DNA of 63,818 nucleotides, filler included, from an uncultured bacterium (GCA_964637655.1; 4 parts of 4 records of this genome joined end to end with filler, not necessarily neighbours in it), one strand, 5' to 3'. Positions 49,451 through 59,827 are shown, counted from the first letter of the whole stretch. Numbers and translations are program-made. The notes: generated by a model from the sequence alone, not told the origin.

Positions 49451-50797
49451 TCAAACGTTGCCGGTGCTCAGGGCATACCGCGCCAGTTCGAAAAAAGAAC
49501 GCAACGGGAGCTGGCGCAGCAGGGCAACCAGCTTGCCCGGACGGTACATCGTTTGCCGGTACGCGCGGCGCGATACTGACAGGTATTCCGCCGCCGTCAT
49601 CCCTGCCGGCAGCAATGGCGGTGGACCGCTGAACACCCCGGCATCTTGCCGGAACAGCGCCTCCCGCTGCGCCGCTGTCAGTTCCGCTCCCAGCGCGCTC
49701 CCCGGGTAGGGGACGACACGGGAAAACTGGTTGAGATCGGCATCGAGTCGTCGCGCCACGGCAATGGTCGCTTCCATATCCGCCAGCGTTTCCCACGGAA
49801 ACCCGAGCATGTAATAGGCATGCGTGTAGAGCCCCGCCGCTTTGGCCAGGCAGATGGCCGTCGCCGCCTGTTCGAGGTTGATCTGCTTGCCGATGCGCCG
49901 CAGGGTTTCCGCACTCCCCGACTCGACGGCAAAGTCGACCTTCCAGAAGCCCGCGCGCCGCAGCAGCGCAAGCAGTTCCGCATCCACCCGGTCGACGCGC
50001 AGCCCGTTGGTCGTCTGCAGCAGCACTCCGGTATCCGCCGCAATCAACTGCCGGCAGATTTCCTTTGCCCGCTCCGTGTCGCAGGTGAAGTTGTCATCGA
50101 ATACGCACAGTTCCCGCACCCCAAACGTCCGCACCTGCCAGACCACTTCGCGCACGACATGTTCTGGTGAACGCGCCCGCCACTGCCGCCCCATCGGCTG
50201 GTAGCAGAAACTACAGGTGTGCGGGCAGCCGCGCGAAGTCATGAGGACGGAGAGCGGCCGCCTTTTACTCAGCAGCACGCGGTAGCGCGCCAGCGGCACA
50301 AGGTCGTACGCGGGAAACGGGAGCGTATCGAGGTCGGCGAGCACCCCGCGCGCACCGGTACACACCGCGGTGCCGTCAGTACCGCGTAAGTACAATCCAC
50401 GCACGCACGCAGAATCATCGGTTCGCAGGTATTCCGCCAGCGTTTCCTCTCCCTCGCCAGCCACAACCGCGTCGGCCTCGCCATCACCGAGAAACCAGCC
50501 CGGTTCCGCCGACGGCAACGGCCCGCCCACGATGATCTGCACCCGCGGGTAGCGCTCGCGCAGCCAGCGCAACCGTTCACGCGAGCGGGTGACATTGCCC
50601 GCGTGGATACTCAACCCGACATGAGTCACCTCTGCCGGCAGTTCGTGCAGCGGCGGCATCACCTGTGCATCGTGCACCGTACAGGCGATGTTCCGCGCGC
50701 GCAGGGAGGCCGCCAACGAGAGAATGCCGGGGGGCGGCAGCGTGTTGGCATACAGCCCGCGTTCGGCTGGCGCCTCGGCGATGAGCAGAATGCTCAT
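49451..50797 (-). CDS. Cobalamin-binding radical SAM protein
   Basis: PPPG, GGP.PS, GEGE, SRGCPHTCSFC, DDNF, VESG and LGFPWET motifs. Confidence 0.92.
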   Translation of the reverse strand: MSILLIAEAPAERGLYANTLPPPGILSLAASLRARNIACTVHDAQVMPPLHELPAEVTHVGLSIHAGNVTRSRERLRWLRERYPRVQIIVGGPLPSAEPGWFLGDGEADAVVAGEGEETLAEYLRTDDSACVRGLYLRGTDGTAVCTGARGVLADLDTLPFPAYDLVPLARYRVLLSKRRPLSVLMTSRGCPHTCSFCYQPMGRQWRARSPEHVVREVVWQVRTFGVRELCVFDDNFTCDTERAKEICRQLIAADTGVLLQTTNGLRVDRVDAELLALLRRAGFWKVDFAVESGSAETLRRIGKQINLEQAATAICLAKAAGLYTHAYYMLGFPWETLADMEATIAVARRLDADLNQFSRVVPYPGSALGAELTAAQREALFRQDAGVFSGPPPLLPAGMTAAEYLSVSRRAYRQTMYRPGKLVALLRQLPLRSFFELARYALSTGNV

Positions 50798-52305
50798 CCC
50801 GCGTTTCCCGTCAGCCGCCAGCGCAGCCAGCGGCAGAGATGCTGCAGGTAATGCCGGGCGTAGTAGTACTGGATACGCTCGCCGCGCACAACCGCGGTCA
50901 GCAGCATGAGCAGCGTCACCAGCGGTTCCGGAACATGCCGTAGCAGGGCAATCCGGTCGCCTGTCAGCAGCCAGCCACGCAGCGGGCACGGCAGCAGCGG
51001 CAGCACCTGCAGGAATTTCCGGTAGTGCTCATTCGCTGCCCGCAGGCGCGTGGCGGTCAGCGCCCCGGCCTGCAGGTAGGTCACTGCCTCGCCTTCCTCG
51101 ATACGCGACACTGCTTCCGTGGCCAGCGTGCCCGCCGCCAGCGCCCGGTCGATAATCTCCGTCTTGGGGAAATAGCTCAGCCAGTAGGTGGTAATACGCG
51201 GGCAGGCCGTGCCGGCGGCGAAGAGTTCCGCCGCTCGCCGGTGGTCCGCAACACTCTCCTCCGGAACGCCAAACATGTAGTCGGGCGTACAGGGGAGCCG
51301 CGTCGCCTCGCACGCCGCCAGCGCCGTCTGCACCTGCGCATCGCTCTCCGTCCGCCCGAGTATGCGCCGCCGCACATCGGCATTGACCGCCTGGATGCCG
51401 AGTTCGACCAGCGCGCAGCCGGCCGCCTTGAGCTGCGCCGCCACGTCATGATCAAGCTGCGCGGGATGCACGATGCACTCGAAGGGCAACCCGATAGTAC
51501 GCTGGTAGGCGGGCAGGAACGCCGTCAGCCAGTCGCGGCGTAGGGTGAAGCAGTCGTCCATGAACTTGACCGTGTGCAACGTCGGCCAGCGCTGCCGCGC
51601 CGTGCGCAGTTCCGCCAGCACGTGTTCCGGTGAACGGAAGCGCACGTATTCTTCACCGGGATAGAGCGTGCGCAGATAGTTGTGCGAACAGAAGGTGCAG
51701 CGGTAGGGACAGCCGCGCGACACGGTAATCCGGTAGATAAAACGCGCATCCGTCTGCGCGGCAAACACCTCCCGGTCGGGGAACGGCAGCGTGTCGAGGT
51801 CGCGCAGCAGCGGGCGCAGCGGGTTGCCGTGCAACGTGCCGTCAGGAAGCCGGTACCAGAGGTTGCGCAGCGTGCGCGGATCCCTGCCCGCCTGCAGGCA
51901 GTCGGCCAGTTCCGTGAGCGTTTCCTCCCCCTCACCAGCAATGACGTAGTCGACCGCATCATGCCGCAGTACCCGCTCCGGCACCATGGTCGGGTGTACA
52001 CCGCCGAACACCACCGGGCAGTCGCAGTCACGCTTCAGGCGCGCCGCCAATGGCACTGCCCAGTGCATCATGCAGCTCATCACCGAGAAGCCGAGCAGCC
52101 CGGGCCGCCAGCGTTTTGCCTCTGCCGCCAGCAGTTCGGTGAACGGCAGCGCTGCGCGCAGCCGCGGCATATGCAGGAAACGCTTGTCGTCGAACAGGGC
52201 CGGGTCAAACAGTATCTTCGTCTCATGTCCGCCACGCTGCAGCCAGGCGGCCAGCGACGCCACCCCGAGGTTTTCGGCACCCATGCAGACAAGCATGACT
52301 TTCAT
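50794..52305 (-). CDS. Cobalamin-binding radical SAM protein
   Basis: ENLG, GGVHPT, GEGE, SRGCPYRCTFC, DDCF and FGVPEE motifs; ATGA coupling. Confidence 0.92.
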   Translation of the reverse strand: MKVMLVCMGAENLGVASLAAWLQRGGHETKILFDPALFDDKRFLHMPRLRAALPFTELLAAEAKRWRPGLLGFSVMSCMMHWAVPLAARLKRDCDCPVVFGGVHPTMVPERVLRHDAVDYVIAGEGEETLTELADCLQAGRDPRTLRNLWYRLPDGTLHGNPLRPLLRDLDTLPFPDREVFAAQTDARFIYRITVSRGCPYRCTFCSHNYLRTLYPGEEYVRFRSPEHVLAELRTARQRWPTLHTVKFMDDCFTLRRDWLTAFLPAYQRTIGLPFECIVHPAQLDHDVAAQLKAAGCALVELGIQAVNADVRRRILGRTESDAQVQTALAACEATRLPCTPDYMFGVPEESVADHRRAAELFAAGTACPRITTYWLSYFPKTEIIDRALAAGTLATEAVSRIEEGEAVTYLQAGALTATRLRAANEHYRKFLQVLPLLPCPLRGWLLTGDRIALLRHVPEPLVTLLMLLTAVVRGERIQYYYARHYLQHLCRWLRWRLTGNAG

Positions 52306-53768
52306 ACGCGTCGCCCCGCCAGATGCAGCAGGTAATAGCGCAGGTAGAACCACGGGCGACGGTCATGCTGCAGCAGGCAATTGAGTGCCTCGCAGACCGT
52401 GGCCGCAGCGGCAGGAAGGTATGCCGCCAGCCGCAGCAGAAGCGGACTGGTACGCCAGCGCACCGGCAGTACGGTCAACAGTTTGAACAGCAGCCGGTAC
52501 TGTTTCGCCCGTTTTTGTACCGCGGCATCGGCCACCGAACCGCCGAGAAAGTACATTGCCTCTCCACCGCTGCGAATGCTCTCCTGCCGCTCGGCTGTCA
52601 GCGCGACCTCCTGTGCAACAATGGGCGTCTCCGGATGGTAGGCAAGATCGAAGCACTCGATGCGTGCCAGGCGGCGCCAGGGCGCGTAAAAAGCGAGCGC
52701 CGCGGGGTAATCCTCAGCTGCCTCGCCGGGAAAGCCGAAGATGTGGTCGACCTGAAACGGCAGACCGACGCGTTCGCAGGCAGCGAACGCGTTTGTAATC
52801 GCCGCGTTGCTCTCGTGGCGGTTGAGCACTTCCCGCCGCACGCGTTCGTTCACCGTCTGCACCCCGAGTTCGATAAGGAAGCACCCTGCCGCCCGCAACA
52901 GCCGGGCCCGTTCTTCATCAAGGCAGAGCGGGTGAGCCACGCAGCTGAACGGCACCCCTATATGGCGGCGATACCCGTCAAGCAGTTCGCGCAGCCAGTC
53001 GCGGTCGGCCGTCAGCACATCGTCGTCGAAATGCGCCACGCGAAAGGCGTATCGCTCCTTCGCCCACTGCAACTCCGCCAGCACCCGGGCCGGTGAGCGC
53101 CGGCGCGCATAGTGACGTTCCTGCGGGTAGAGCCGTTTGAGCACCGCGTGGCAGCAGAACGAGCAGGTGTAGGGACAGCCACGCCCCGCCGCTGTCTTGT
53201 AGAGGTAGGAAAAGGGCAGCACGCGCTCGAACAGTTCCTTGTCCGGGCGCGGCAGCGCGTCGAGGTCGGCAATGAGCGGGCGCAGCGGCTGCGGAACGAT
53301 ATGCCCGTCCTCCTTGCGCCAGACATTGCGGATGCCGGCACCAGTGCCGCCACGTGCGATGTCCTCCGCCAGTTCTGTCAGCGCTTCGTCACCTTCGCCA
53401 ACCAGCACATAATCAACCTGCGGGTTGGCAAGCACCGTTTCCGGTACCGAGGTGGGATGAATGCCTCCGAAGATTACCGGGACGCTGCTCCGCGCCTTCA
53501 CCTGCCGCGCAACCTCCAACGCCCAGCGGTAATAGACCGTCGGCACCGAGAACCCGACCAGGTCCGGCGCCGATGTGACAATCCCGGCGACCACACGGGA
53601 GGTGTGGTCGAACCGGCGACGCAGTCCCGGATGGTACAGGTAATGGTCAGGCCCGAACAGATCGGGATCGAAAACCAGCGTCACCTGGTGCCCGCGCTGT
53701 TTGAGCACCGCCGACAGGTATTCCAACCCGAATGATTCGACCGCGCGGTAGACGAACGTGATACGCAT
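52302..53768 (-). CDS. Cobalamin-binding radical SAM protein
   Basis: ESFG, GGIHPT, GEGD, GRGCPYTCSFC, DDD and FGFPGE motifs. Confidence 0.92.
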   Translation of the reverse strand: MRITFVYRAVESFGLEYLSAVLKQRGHQVTLVFDPDLFGPDHYLYHPGLRRRFDHTSRVVAGIVTSAPDLVGFSVPTVYYRWALEVARQVKARSSVPVIFGGIHPTSVPETVLANPQVDYVLVGEGDEALTELAEDIARGGTGAGIRNVWRKEDGHIVPQPLRPLIADLDALPRPDKELFERVLPFSYLYKTAAGRGCPYTCSFCCHAVLKRLYPQERHYARRRSPARVLAELQWAKERYAFRVAHFDDDVLTADRDWLRELLDGYRRHIGVPFSCVAHPLCLDEERARLLRAAGCFLIELGVQTVNERVRREVLNRHESNAAITNAFAACERVGLPFQVDHIFGFPGEAAEDYPAALAFYAPWRRLARIECFDLAYHPETPIVAQEVALTAERQESIRSGGEAMYFLGGSVADAAVQKRAKQYRLLFKLLTVLPVRWRTSPLLLRLAAYLPAAAATVCEALNCLLQHDRRPWFYLRYYLLHLAGRRV

Positions 53769-53842
53769 GGCGGCACTATACCTTTCCGCCTGTGCCGCCG
53801 CAAATTGTGGAAGGCGGCAGACAGATATGCTATCCTGCCGCC
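53769..53842. promoter_or_regulatory. Divergent promoter pair, both apparently leaderless
   Basis: Minus strand TTGCGG-N17-TATAGT-GCCGCC-ATG; plus strand TGC-TATCCT-GCCGCC-ATG. Confidence 0.6.
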
Positions 53843-54541
53843 ATGGCTGAACGGCTCCCTTCCCTTTCGATCTTCTTCCCGGCATACAACGACGCCGGCT
53901 CGATTGGCGCGCTGGTTGATGATGCCTACCGCATCGGCGGCAGCATCGCCCGCGAGGTCCAGGTCATCGTCGTTGACGACGGCAGTCGCGACAACACCGC
54001 CGTCGTATTGCGCGAAGCGCAGCAGCGTTATCCCGGAATGCAACTGGTCTCCCACGCAGTCAACCGCGGCTACGGTGCCGCACTACGCAGTGCCCTTGCC
54101 TGCTGCCACGGTGAGTGGGTTTTCTATACCGACGGAGACGGCCAGTATGATGTCGCTGATCTCATCACGCTGGCCGCACATACTGCCACGGCCGATTTCA
54201 TCACCGGCTACAAGAGGCAACGCGCCGACGCCTGGTACCGCCTTCTGTTCAGCCGTGCCTTCAACCGCATTGCCGGTCTGTTCTTCCGCATCCCGGTGCG
54301 TGACATCAACTGCGATTGCCGTCTCTTCCGCCGGGCACTGCTCGATGGTGTGACCTTCACGCAGACGGGCGGGCTTTTCGGGCTTGAACTGCTGCTGCAC
54401 GTGCAACACCGCGGTGCACGCATCATCGAGGTGCCGGTCCGCCACCTGCCGCGTCGTTTCGGCCATTCTCAGTTTTTCACGGTCCCCGGCGTCACCGGTG
54501 CCCTGCGTGACCTCTGGTGTTTGCAGCGGAAGCGGCGATGA
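53843..54541 (+). CDS. GT2 glycosyltransferase (dolichol-phosphate mannose synthase-like)
   Basis: FFPAYND, VDDGSRD, NRGYGAA and TDGDGQYD motifs. Confidence 0.9.
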   Translation: MAERLPSLSIFFPAYNDAGSIGALVDDAYRIGGSIAREVQVIVVDDGSRDNTAVVLREAQQRYPGMQLVSHAVNRGYGAALRSALACCHGEWVFYTDGDGQYDVADLITLAAHTATADFITGYKRQRADAWYRLLFSRAFNRIAGLFFRIPVRDINCDCRLFRRALLDGVTFTQTGGLFGLELLLHVQHRGARIIEVPVRHLPRRFGHSQFFTVPGVTGALRDLWCLQRKRR

Positions 54542-55533
54542 CCTTCTCCGGGATGCGCATCGTGGTCACCGGCGGCCTCGGCTTTATCGGCAGCAACCTT
54601 GTGCACGCGCTCGCGCGGCAAGGGGCGCACGTTGCCGTCATTGACGCGCTGCTCCCCGGACTGGGAGGAAACCGGCACAATCTCGCGGGCATCACCGGCA
54701 CCATCTCCGTACACGAGATCGACCTGCGCGCCACCGCAGTACTCCCCCGCCTGCTCGAAAACGCCGACGTTGTTTTCAACCTCGCCGGCGCGCTCAGCCA
54801 TATCGACAGCAGCCGCGATCCGTTCACCGATATGGAGTGCAACGTACGCGCGCAGCTGTCGCTCCTCGAAGCCTGCCGCGTCGCCTGCCCGCGGGCGGTT
54901 ATTGTCTTTACCGGCAGCCGCAGCCAGTACGGGCGAGCCGCCACGCTCCCCGTCAACGAAGATGCACCGTTACACCCCGTCGACCTCAACGGCGTTCACT
55001 GCGTCGCTGCCGAACAGCACCACCTGCTCTATCACCGATTGTATGGCCTGCGCACCGTCTGCCTGCGCCTGACTAATACCTACGGACCGCGCCACCAGAT
55101 GCAGCACGGGCGGCAGGGGTACCTCAACTGGTTCATCCGTCTCGCCCTCGAAGACCGGGAGTTGCCAGTTTACGGCGACGGCACACAACTGCGTGACTTC
55201 AACTATGTCGATGATGTCGTACACGCACTGCTGGCAGCCGCGACAACGCCTGCGGCTATCGGGCAGGTCTGCAACCTCGGCAGCGGGCAGGCAATTTCCG
55301 TGCGCGCCAGTGCCGAAGCGGTCATTGCCTCAGCCGGCAGCGGGCGGCTGCGCCTGCTCTCTTACCCGGAAACGCTGCGCGGCATCGAAGCCGGCGATTA
55401 CTGCGCCGATATCCGTCGGGCACATGCCCTCCTTATCTGGAGTCCCCGCGTTCCCTTTGCCGAGGGATTGCAGCAAACCATCACGTTCTACCGACAGCAC
55501 CCCGATGCGTATTTCTTCCCCGAAGTTCTGTAG
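54538..55533 (+). CDS. NAD-dependent epimerase/dehydratase (extended SDR)
   Basis: VTGGLGFIG, NLAG, NTYGP and GDGTQLRDFNYVDD motifs. Confidence 0.9.
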   Translation: MTFSGMRIVVTGGLGFIGSNLVHALARQGAHVAVIDALLPGLGGNRHNLAGITGTISVHEIDLRATAVLPRLLENADVVFNLAGALSHIDSSRDPFTDMECNVRAQLSLLEACRVACPRAVIVFTGSRSQYGRAATLPVNEDAPLHPVDLNGVHCVAAEQHHLLYHRLYGLRTVCLRLTNTYGPRHQMQHGRQGYLNWFIRLALEDRELPVYGDGTQLRDFNYVDDVVHALLAAATTPAAIGQVCNLGSGQAISVRASAEAVIASAGSGRLRLLSYPETLRGIEAGDYCADIRRAHALLIWSPRVPFAEGLQQTITFYRQHPDAYFFPEVL

Positions 55534-57013
55534 CCGGAACACGGCTGTCGCTGTCGCCGCGCTGGCCTACCTGTCTACCATGCTGCTGTACGGCCTGCGC
55601 GATGTCGCCCTTCCCTACGGTGATATCCACGAGTTCTATGACCTTCGGTTTGCGCCGTTCGCCACCGGTCGTCCGCTCACTTTCGTCCTCTACCGCGCCT
55701 GTGTTTCCGCTGCCTCGCTTGGCGATACGGTTCGTTATCTCCCCCTGCTGCTCAACACCGCCACCTTGCTCTGCCTCGGCATCTTCCTCTGGCGTCTGGT
55801 TGTGCGCGCTGCCGGCACCTTCGCCGGGGCAACCGCTCTGCTGCTGTTCGCAACCTCCCCTTTCAATCTCGCGCTTGGCTATGGGTTTGCTACCCATCAG
55901 CTGCATGCGCTGGCCTGTTGCCTGTTTGCCTGCTGGGCACTACTCGCGGGGAAAGGCCTTCCGGCACGCTGGAGTGTGGCTCTGGGGATGGCCGCTGCCT
56001 CTCTCTTCTCCTACACGGTCTATCCACTCATCGCTGCCTTCTGGCTGCTGCTACTGTTCGCGCGCGAATATCGTTCTCACCTGCCGCTTCTGACGGTATG
56101 CCTGTTGGCAGTCCACAGTCCGGTCTTGCTCATGCCGGAATGGCGTGAGGCGCGACTCGCCGACTATGCCGCCAATCTCGCGCTCGGTCCCCGCTACACC
56201 TCCACGCTTTCCTTTTCGTATTTCCCGCTGCTCGCCAGCATGAGCGAGGGCGCTGTCCGTTCCGGTGCCTGCCTGTTCGCCGCCATCGCCGGCCTTCCCC
56301 TCTGCCGACGGCGGTCATGCCTGATTCTGTGCATCCTGCTCCCGCTGCTCACCGTTTGGGCCATGCATTTCGCCGGTGCCTCAAAACTGTCCCGTACCTA
56401 TTGCTGGGTGCTGCCCTTCTGGTATGCTGCAGCCGGATTCGGCATCACGTTCCTCGCCCGCAGCGGCAGAGGAGGGCGTCTGCTGGCTGTTCTCGTGCTC
56501 GGTACTGCCATTGCCGCCGGCATGCAGCAACAGCAAACATTCTGGCGGATATTTCATACTGCCCCGCTCGTCGCCCGCGACTTCAATACGCGGGGAATCA
56601 GCGAAGTGATCTGCCTGGGAAACAGTGATTTCATGCCCGTCCCCTACGGTGTGCGTCACCGCAACGTGCAGTATTTTGAACTGGAGGGAATCCCGCCGGA
56701 AACTCCAATGCTGCTGAACCGGTATTCCGGAGTCATGCTCTACCGTACCATGGAAGAGCACCTGCGTCTTGCCCGGCTCTATAATTGGCTCCCCGCGCTG
56801 GCCACGTATCCCGGAGTATGTGAGTTGCCGCTGTTTGTAACCCATAATGAGGCATCGTTTCACTTCTGGTTGCGCCATCCGGAAATCGCTGCTGCGCCCG
56901 GTCCGGTAAAGCTCACCACGGTTGGAGTAGTACGCCATGCGCTCGCCACAGTCCCATGGACTGCTAGCGGGGAAAACGACTTGTACCGCGATGAACGCGT
57001 GCAGGTCGACTGA
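55505..57013 (+). CDS. Polytopic membrane protein, GT-C-like
   Basis: DIHE after TM1, GRP motif, about 10 TM helices, soluble C-terminal domain; family assignment tentative. Confidence 0.55.
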   Translation: MRISSPKFCSRNTAVAVAALAYLSTMLLYGLRDVALPYGDIHEFYDLRFAPFATGRPLTFVLYRACVSAASLGDTVRYLPLLLNTATLLCLGIFLWRLVVRAAGTFAGATALLLFATSPFNLALGYGFATHQLHALACCLFACWALLAGKGLPARWSVALGMAAASLFSYTVYPLIAAFWLLLLFAREYRSHLPLLTVCLLAVHSPVLLMPEWREARLADYAANLALGPRYTSTLSFSYFPLLASMSEGAVRSGACLFAAIAGLPLCRRRSCLILCILLPLLTVWAMHFAGASKLSRTYCWVLPFWYAAAGFGITFLARSGRGGRLLAVLVLGTAIAAGMQQQQTFWRIFHTAPLVARDFNTRGISEVICLGNSDFMPVPYGVRHRNVQYFELEGIPPETPMLLNRYSGVMLYRTMEEHLRLARLYNWLPALATYPGVCELPLFVTHNEASFHFWLRHPEIAAAPGPVKLTTVGVVRHALATVPWTASGENDLYRDERVQVD

Positions 57014-57169
57014 TAGCATGTCTTCCATCACCCGGTTGAGGATGAACTGTATGATGTCGTTCTGCTTTGTTCGTCATTCGGCATCAGCTGGTATGCTGCA
57101 CTGGGGCGCTCTGGGGTGTGCAGCTAGCGTAGCGGCCTGGTTGTGCATGGTGCCCATATGCTAAGTACC

Positions 57170-58225
57170 ATGCTAACACATCGCGCCACACAACGACGTC
57201 TGTTGCGCGCGGTCGCGGAGTGGTATGTACGTGCGGGGTTCGGTGGCGGGGTGCGCCCGCTTTCCGCCTCGGTCTATCTGACCAATGCCTGCAACCTCGA
57301 CTGCGAATTCTGTTACGTGAAGCAGGCGCGCCCCGCGTCCCAGACTATGCCACGGGCGATGTTCGACAGCGTTATCCGCGACCTCGGGGAACTCGGCATC
57401 GTCTATCTGTCGCTGACGGGTGGGGAACCGCTGCTCCTCCCCGACATCGTCGAGCGGGTCGCGCAGGCGCGCGCGGCCGGCATCCCCTACCTGCACATGG
57501 TAAGCAATGCGGAGTTGCTGACCGCCGACAAGGCCCGCGCGCTGCATGCAGCGGGTCTGACAGAGCTTTCCGTCTCGCTCGACGGTTGGGAAGCGGGTCA
57601 TGACCGCCGCCGGGGAAAAGCCGGGCTCTTCGCACAGGTCTGGCCGCTGCTGCAGGAAATCCGCCGGACGGTACCGGACCTGCTGCTCGTGGTCAATAGC
57701 GTGGTGATGGACGACAACCTCGATGAACTGCGCACGCTCACTACCGCGTCACGAAAGGCCGGGCTGTACCACAAGTTTCAGCCGGAACTGGCGTGGAACA
57801 ACGTGAAGCCAGCGCTCAACGAATCAGCAGCGGTTCGCCTCGCTGAATTCTGCACGACCATGGCGACTCAACCACACGTGCTCAACAGCCGAACCTTCCT
57901 GTCATGGATGCCGCGTTTCCGCCGCACCGGGCACGTCCCTGCTATCGCCGGCCCCTGCCTCTACGCCACACACCATGTGAAGATTATCGAAACGGGCGAC
58001 GTTTTCCCCTGCTATCTCGGCTGCGAAGGGCATTGCCGCTTCCACTATGATGGCGATCTGCACCGCCTGCTTGCCTCCGACGCCTATCGCGCCATGGTCA
58101 CGGGGTTGCGCGCCTGCCGCGCCTGCACGCAGCAGATGTTCGTCTGCTACCTCGAACCGCGCCTTGTCTTCCCGGTCGGGCACTACCTGCGCCACGCGCT
58201 GGGGCGACGCGGGGTGCGCCCGTGA
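57170..58225 (+). CDS. Radical SAM protein with SPASM/Twitch domain
   Basis: CNLDCEFC, TGGEP and SLDG motifs; C-terminal C...GDVFPC...CRAC....C. Confidence 0.88.
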   Translation: MLTHRATQRRLLRAVAEWYVRAGFGGGVRPLSASVYLTNACNLDCEFCYVKQARPASQTMPRAMFDSVIRDLGELGIVYLSLTGGEPLLLPDIVERVAQARAAGIPYLHMVSNAELLTADKARALHAAGLTELSVSLDGWEAGHDRRRGKAGLFAQVWPLLQEIRRTVPDLLLVVNSVVMDDNLDELRTLTTASRKAGLYHKFQPELAWNNVKPALNESAAVRLAEFCTTMATQPHVLNSRTFLSWMPRFRRTGHVPAIAGPCLYATHHVKIIETGDVFPCYLGCEGHCRFHYDGDLHRLLASDAYRAMVTGLRACRACTQQMFVCYLEPRLVFPVGHYLRHALGRRGVRP

Positions 58226-59673
58226 ACGTCCGCCGCGCCGCGTGGTGGGAGGACTGGGGCGTCCGCGGCCTCTACTTCTTCAACACCATTGATACCCACA
58301 CGCTGGTAGCCGTCACCGTCGCACTCGGTGTGTTGTACTGGCCGGTCGAGGCGTCGTGGATTCCCACCTCGACGGTATGCTCTGCGTGTGAAAGTTGTCA
58401 CCTTATCAGCTGGCGCACTATCTCCACCGGACTCTTCCTCGTGCTCCTACCACACTACGTTGCCTACCGGCTCGCCGATTTTCACCCTGCCATCATTCCC
58501 GTCGGCCTGCTGGTCGTCCTGGTCCATGTTCTCGATTCAGGCCGGTGGCTGCTACTCGGCCTGACTGCTGCCGCGGTGGCCGCCTATGTGCTGATCAGCC
58601 AGCTGTTCCTGCTGGGCCTTCCCAATGTTCTGGTCAAACGCGACTGGACCATCCCGTTCCGCATGATGATCAATGCGCTGACGACTATCGCCCCGACCAC
58701 CACCAGCACCCTGATGTCATTCATCTTCCCCTTTCTCATTGCCGGGGCGGCGGTCACGCTTGATTACGGCGGGGTCGGCCTCGCCGGCACAGGGTTGGCC
58801 GTACTCACGCTTGCCGCGCTCATCGTCCGTCGCGGCCTGCGTCGATACACACGGCCGCTGCCGCCCGTTGTGCTAAAAAAACAGCCGCAACAGGTCCGGC
58901 GCATCATCATGCTCAATATCGATGGCATGCGCCTGGACATATTTCGTCGCGCTGAATACGGGCTTTTCCGGGAATGGGAGCGGCAGGGAGTGTCATTCCC
59001 CCGTGGGCTGACCACAGTTTACCGTGCGCTGACCAACCCCGCCTTTGCCAGCATCCTCACCGGTGTGCATCCGCCGGTGCACGGGCTCCTTTCCAACAAT
59101 TACGGCGCGCGGATCAAAGTCACCGGGCTCCCCGACCTCTTCCCGACACGCCTCTACGGGTCGATGCATATCAGGCATTTTTCCAAACCGTCGTGGGAGT
59201 GCGCGGTGGCGACGCTCATCGGGCAGTCGACGCTCGACGCTGACCGTGCGCTCATGACGCAGCTGCGTGAAGATGTTGCTCATGACCGGCACAAACTCCA
59301 CATCTATGATTTGAGCAACGTTGACCACACGGGGCATGTCTACGGCAGTGAAAACCGTGCCTACGCCGATGCGCTTTTCCCCGCGCAGGAATTGCTGTGG
59401 GAGTTTTTCTGCCACCTGCGCGATACTGGCTTCTTTGCTGACGGAGCGTGTTTCCTGATGTCTGACCATGGCATTGCCGGCATCGACCATTCCTACATGC
59501 TGCATCCCGCCGAACGCTACGTGCCATTTATCGCCGTCGGGCCGGGGATGCCTGCAGGACACGCACTCACCCTGCCCGCGAACATCACCGATATTGCCCC
59601 AACAATATGTGCCCTGTTCGGCCGCCCGCCCGTTCCGGGCATGCTCGGCCGCATCCTCCCCTTGTGGGAATAA
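58222..59673 (+). CDS. Membrane-anchored alkaline phosphatase superfamily (NPP/phosphotransferase-like) protein
   Basis: N-terminal TM bundle; NIDGMR, LTNPAFASILTG, DHTGH, SDHG and DIAPT motifs. Confidence 0.8.
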   Translation: MNVRRAAWWEDWGVRGLYFFNTIDTHTLVAVTVALGVLYWPVEASWIPTSTVCSACESCHLISWRTISTGLFLVLLPHYVAYRLADFHPAIIPVGLLVVLVHVLDSGRWLLLGLTAAAVAAYVLISQLFLLGLPNVLVKRDWTIPFRMMINALTTIAPTTTSTLMSFIFPFLIAGAAVTLDYGGVGLAGTGLAVLTLAALIVRRGLRRYTRPLPPVVLKKQPQQVRRIIMLNIDGMRLDIFRRAEYGLFREWERQGVSFPRGLTTVYRALTNPAFASILTGVHPPVHGLLSNNYGARIKVTGLPDLFPTRLYGSMHIRHFSKPSWECAVATLIGQSTLDADRALMTQLREDVAHDRHKLHIYDLSNVDHTGHVYGSENRAYADALFPAQELLWEFFCHLRDTGFFADGACFLMSDHGIAGIDHSYMLHPAERYVPFIAVGPGMPAGHALTLPANITDIAPTICALFGRPPVPGMLGRILPLWE

Positions 59674-59751
59674 GTTCACTTGCCGGGCAAAGACCGCCCC
59701 AAAACAGGTTGGATTTGACGATACGTTGCCGATATGCTAAAAAGCCATCGT

Positions 59752-59826
59752 GGCGCCATAGTCTAGTGGTTAGGACGTCGCCCTCTCACGGCGAAAACAC
59801 GGGTTCGAGTCCCGTTGGCGCTACCA
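59752..59826 (+). tRNA. tRNA-Glu (anticodon CTC)
   Basis: Cloverleaf: acceptor stem GGCGCCA/TGGCGCT, anticodon arm TCGCC-CTCTCAC-GGCGA, GGTTCGAGTCC T-arm, encoded CCA. Confidence 0.95.
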
Positions 59827-59827
59827 C

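Noticed and set aside
57170-59673. Anaerobic sulfatase maturase plus sulfatase pair
   Set aside because: The partner has TNPAF at the nucleophile position, not the (C/S)xPxR sulfatase signature
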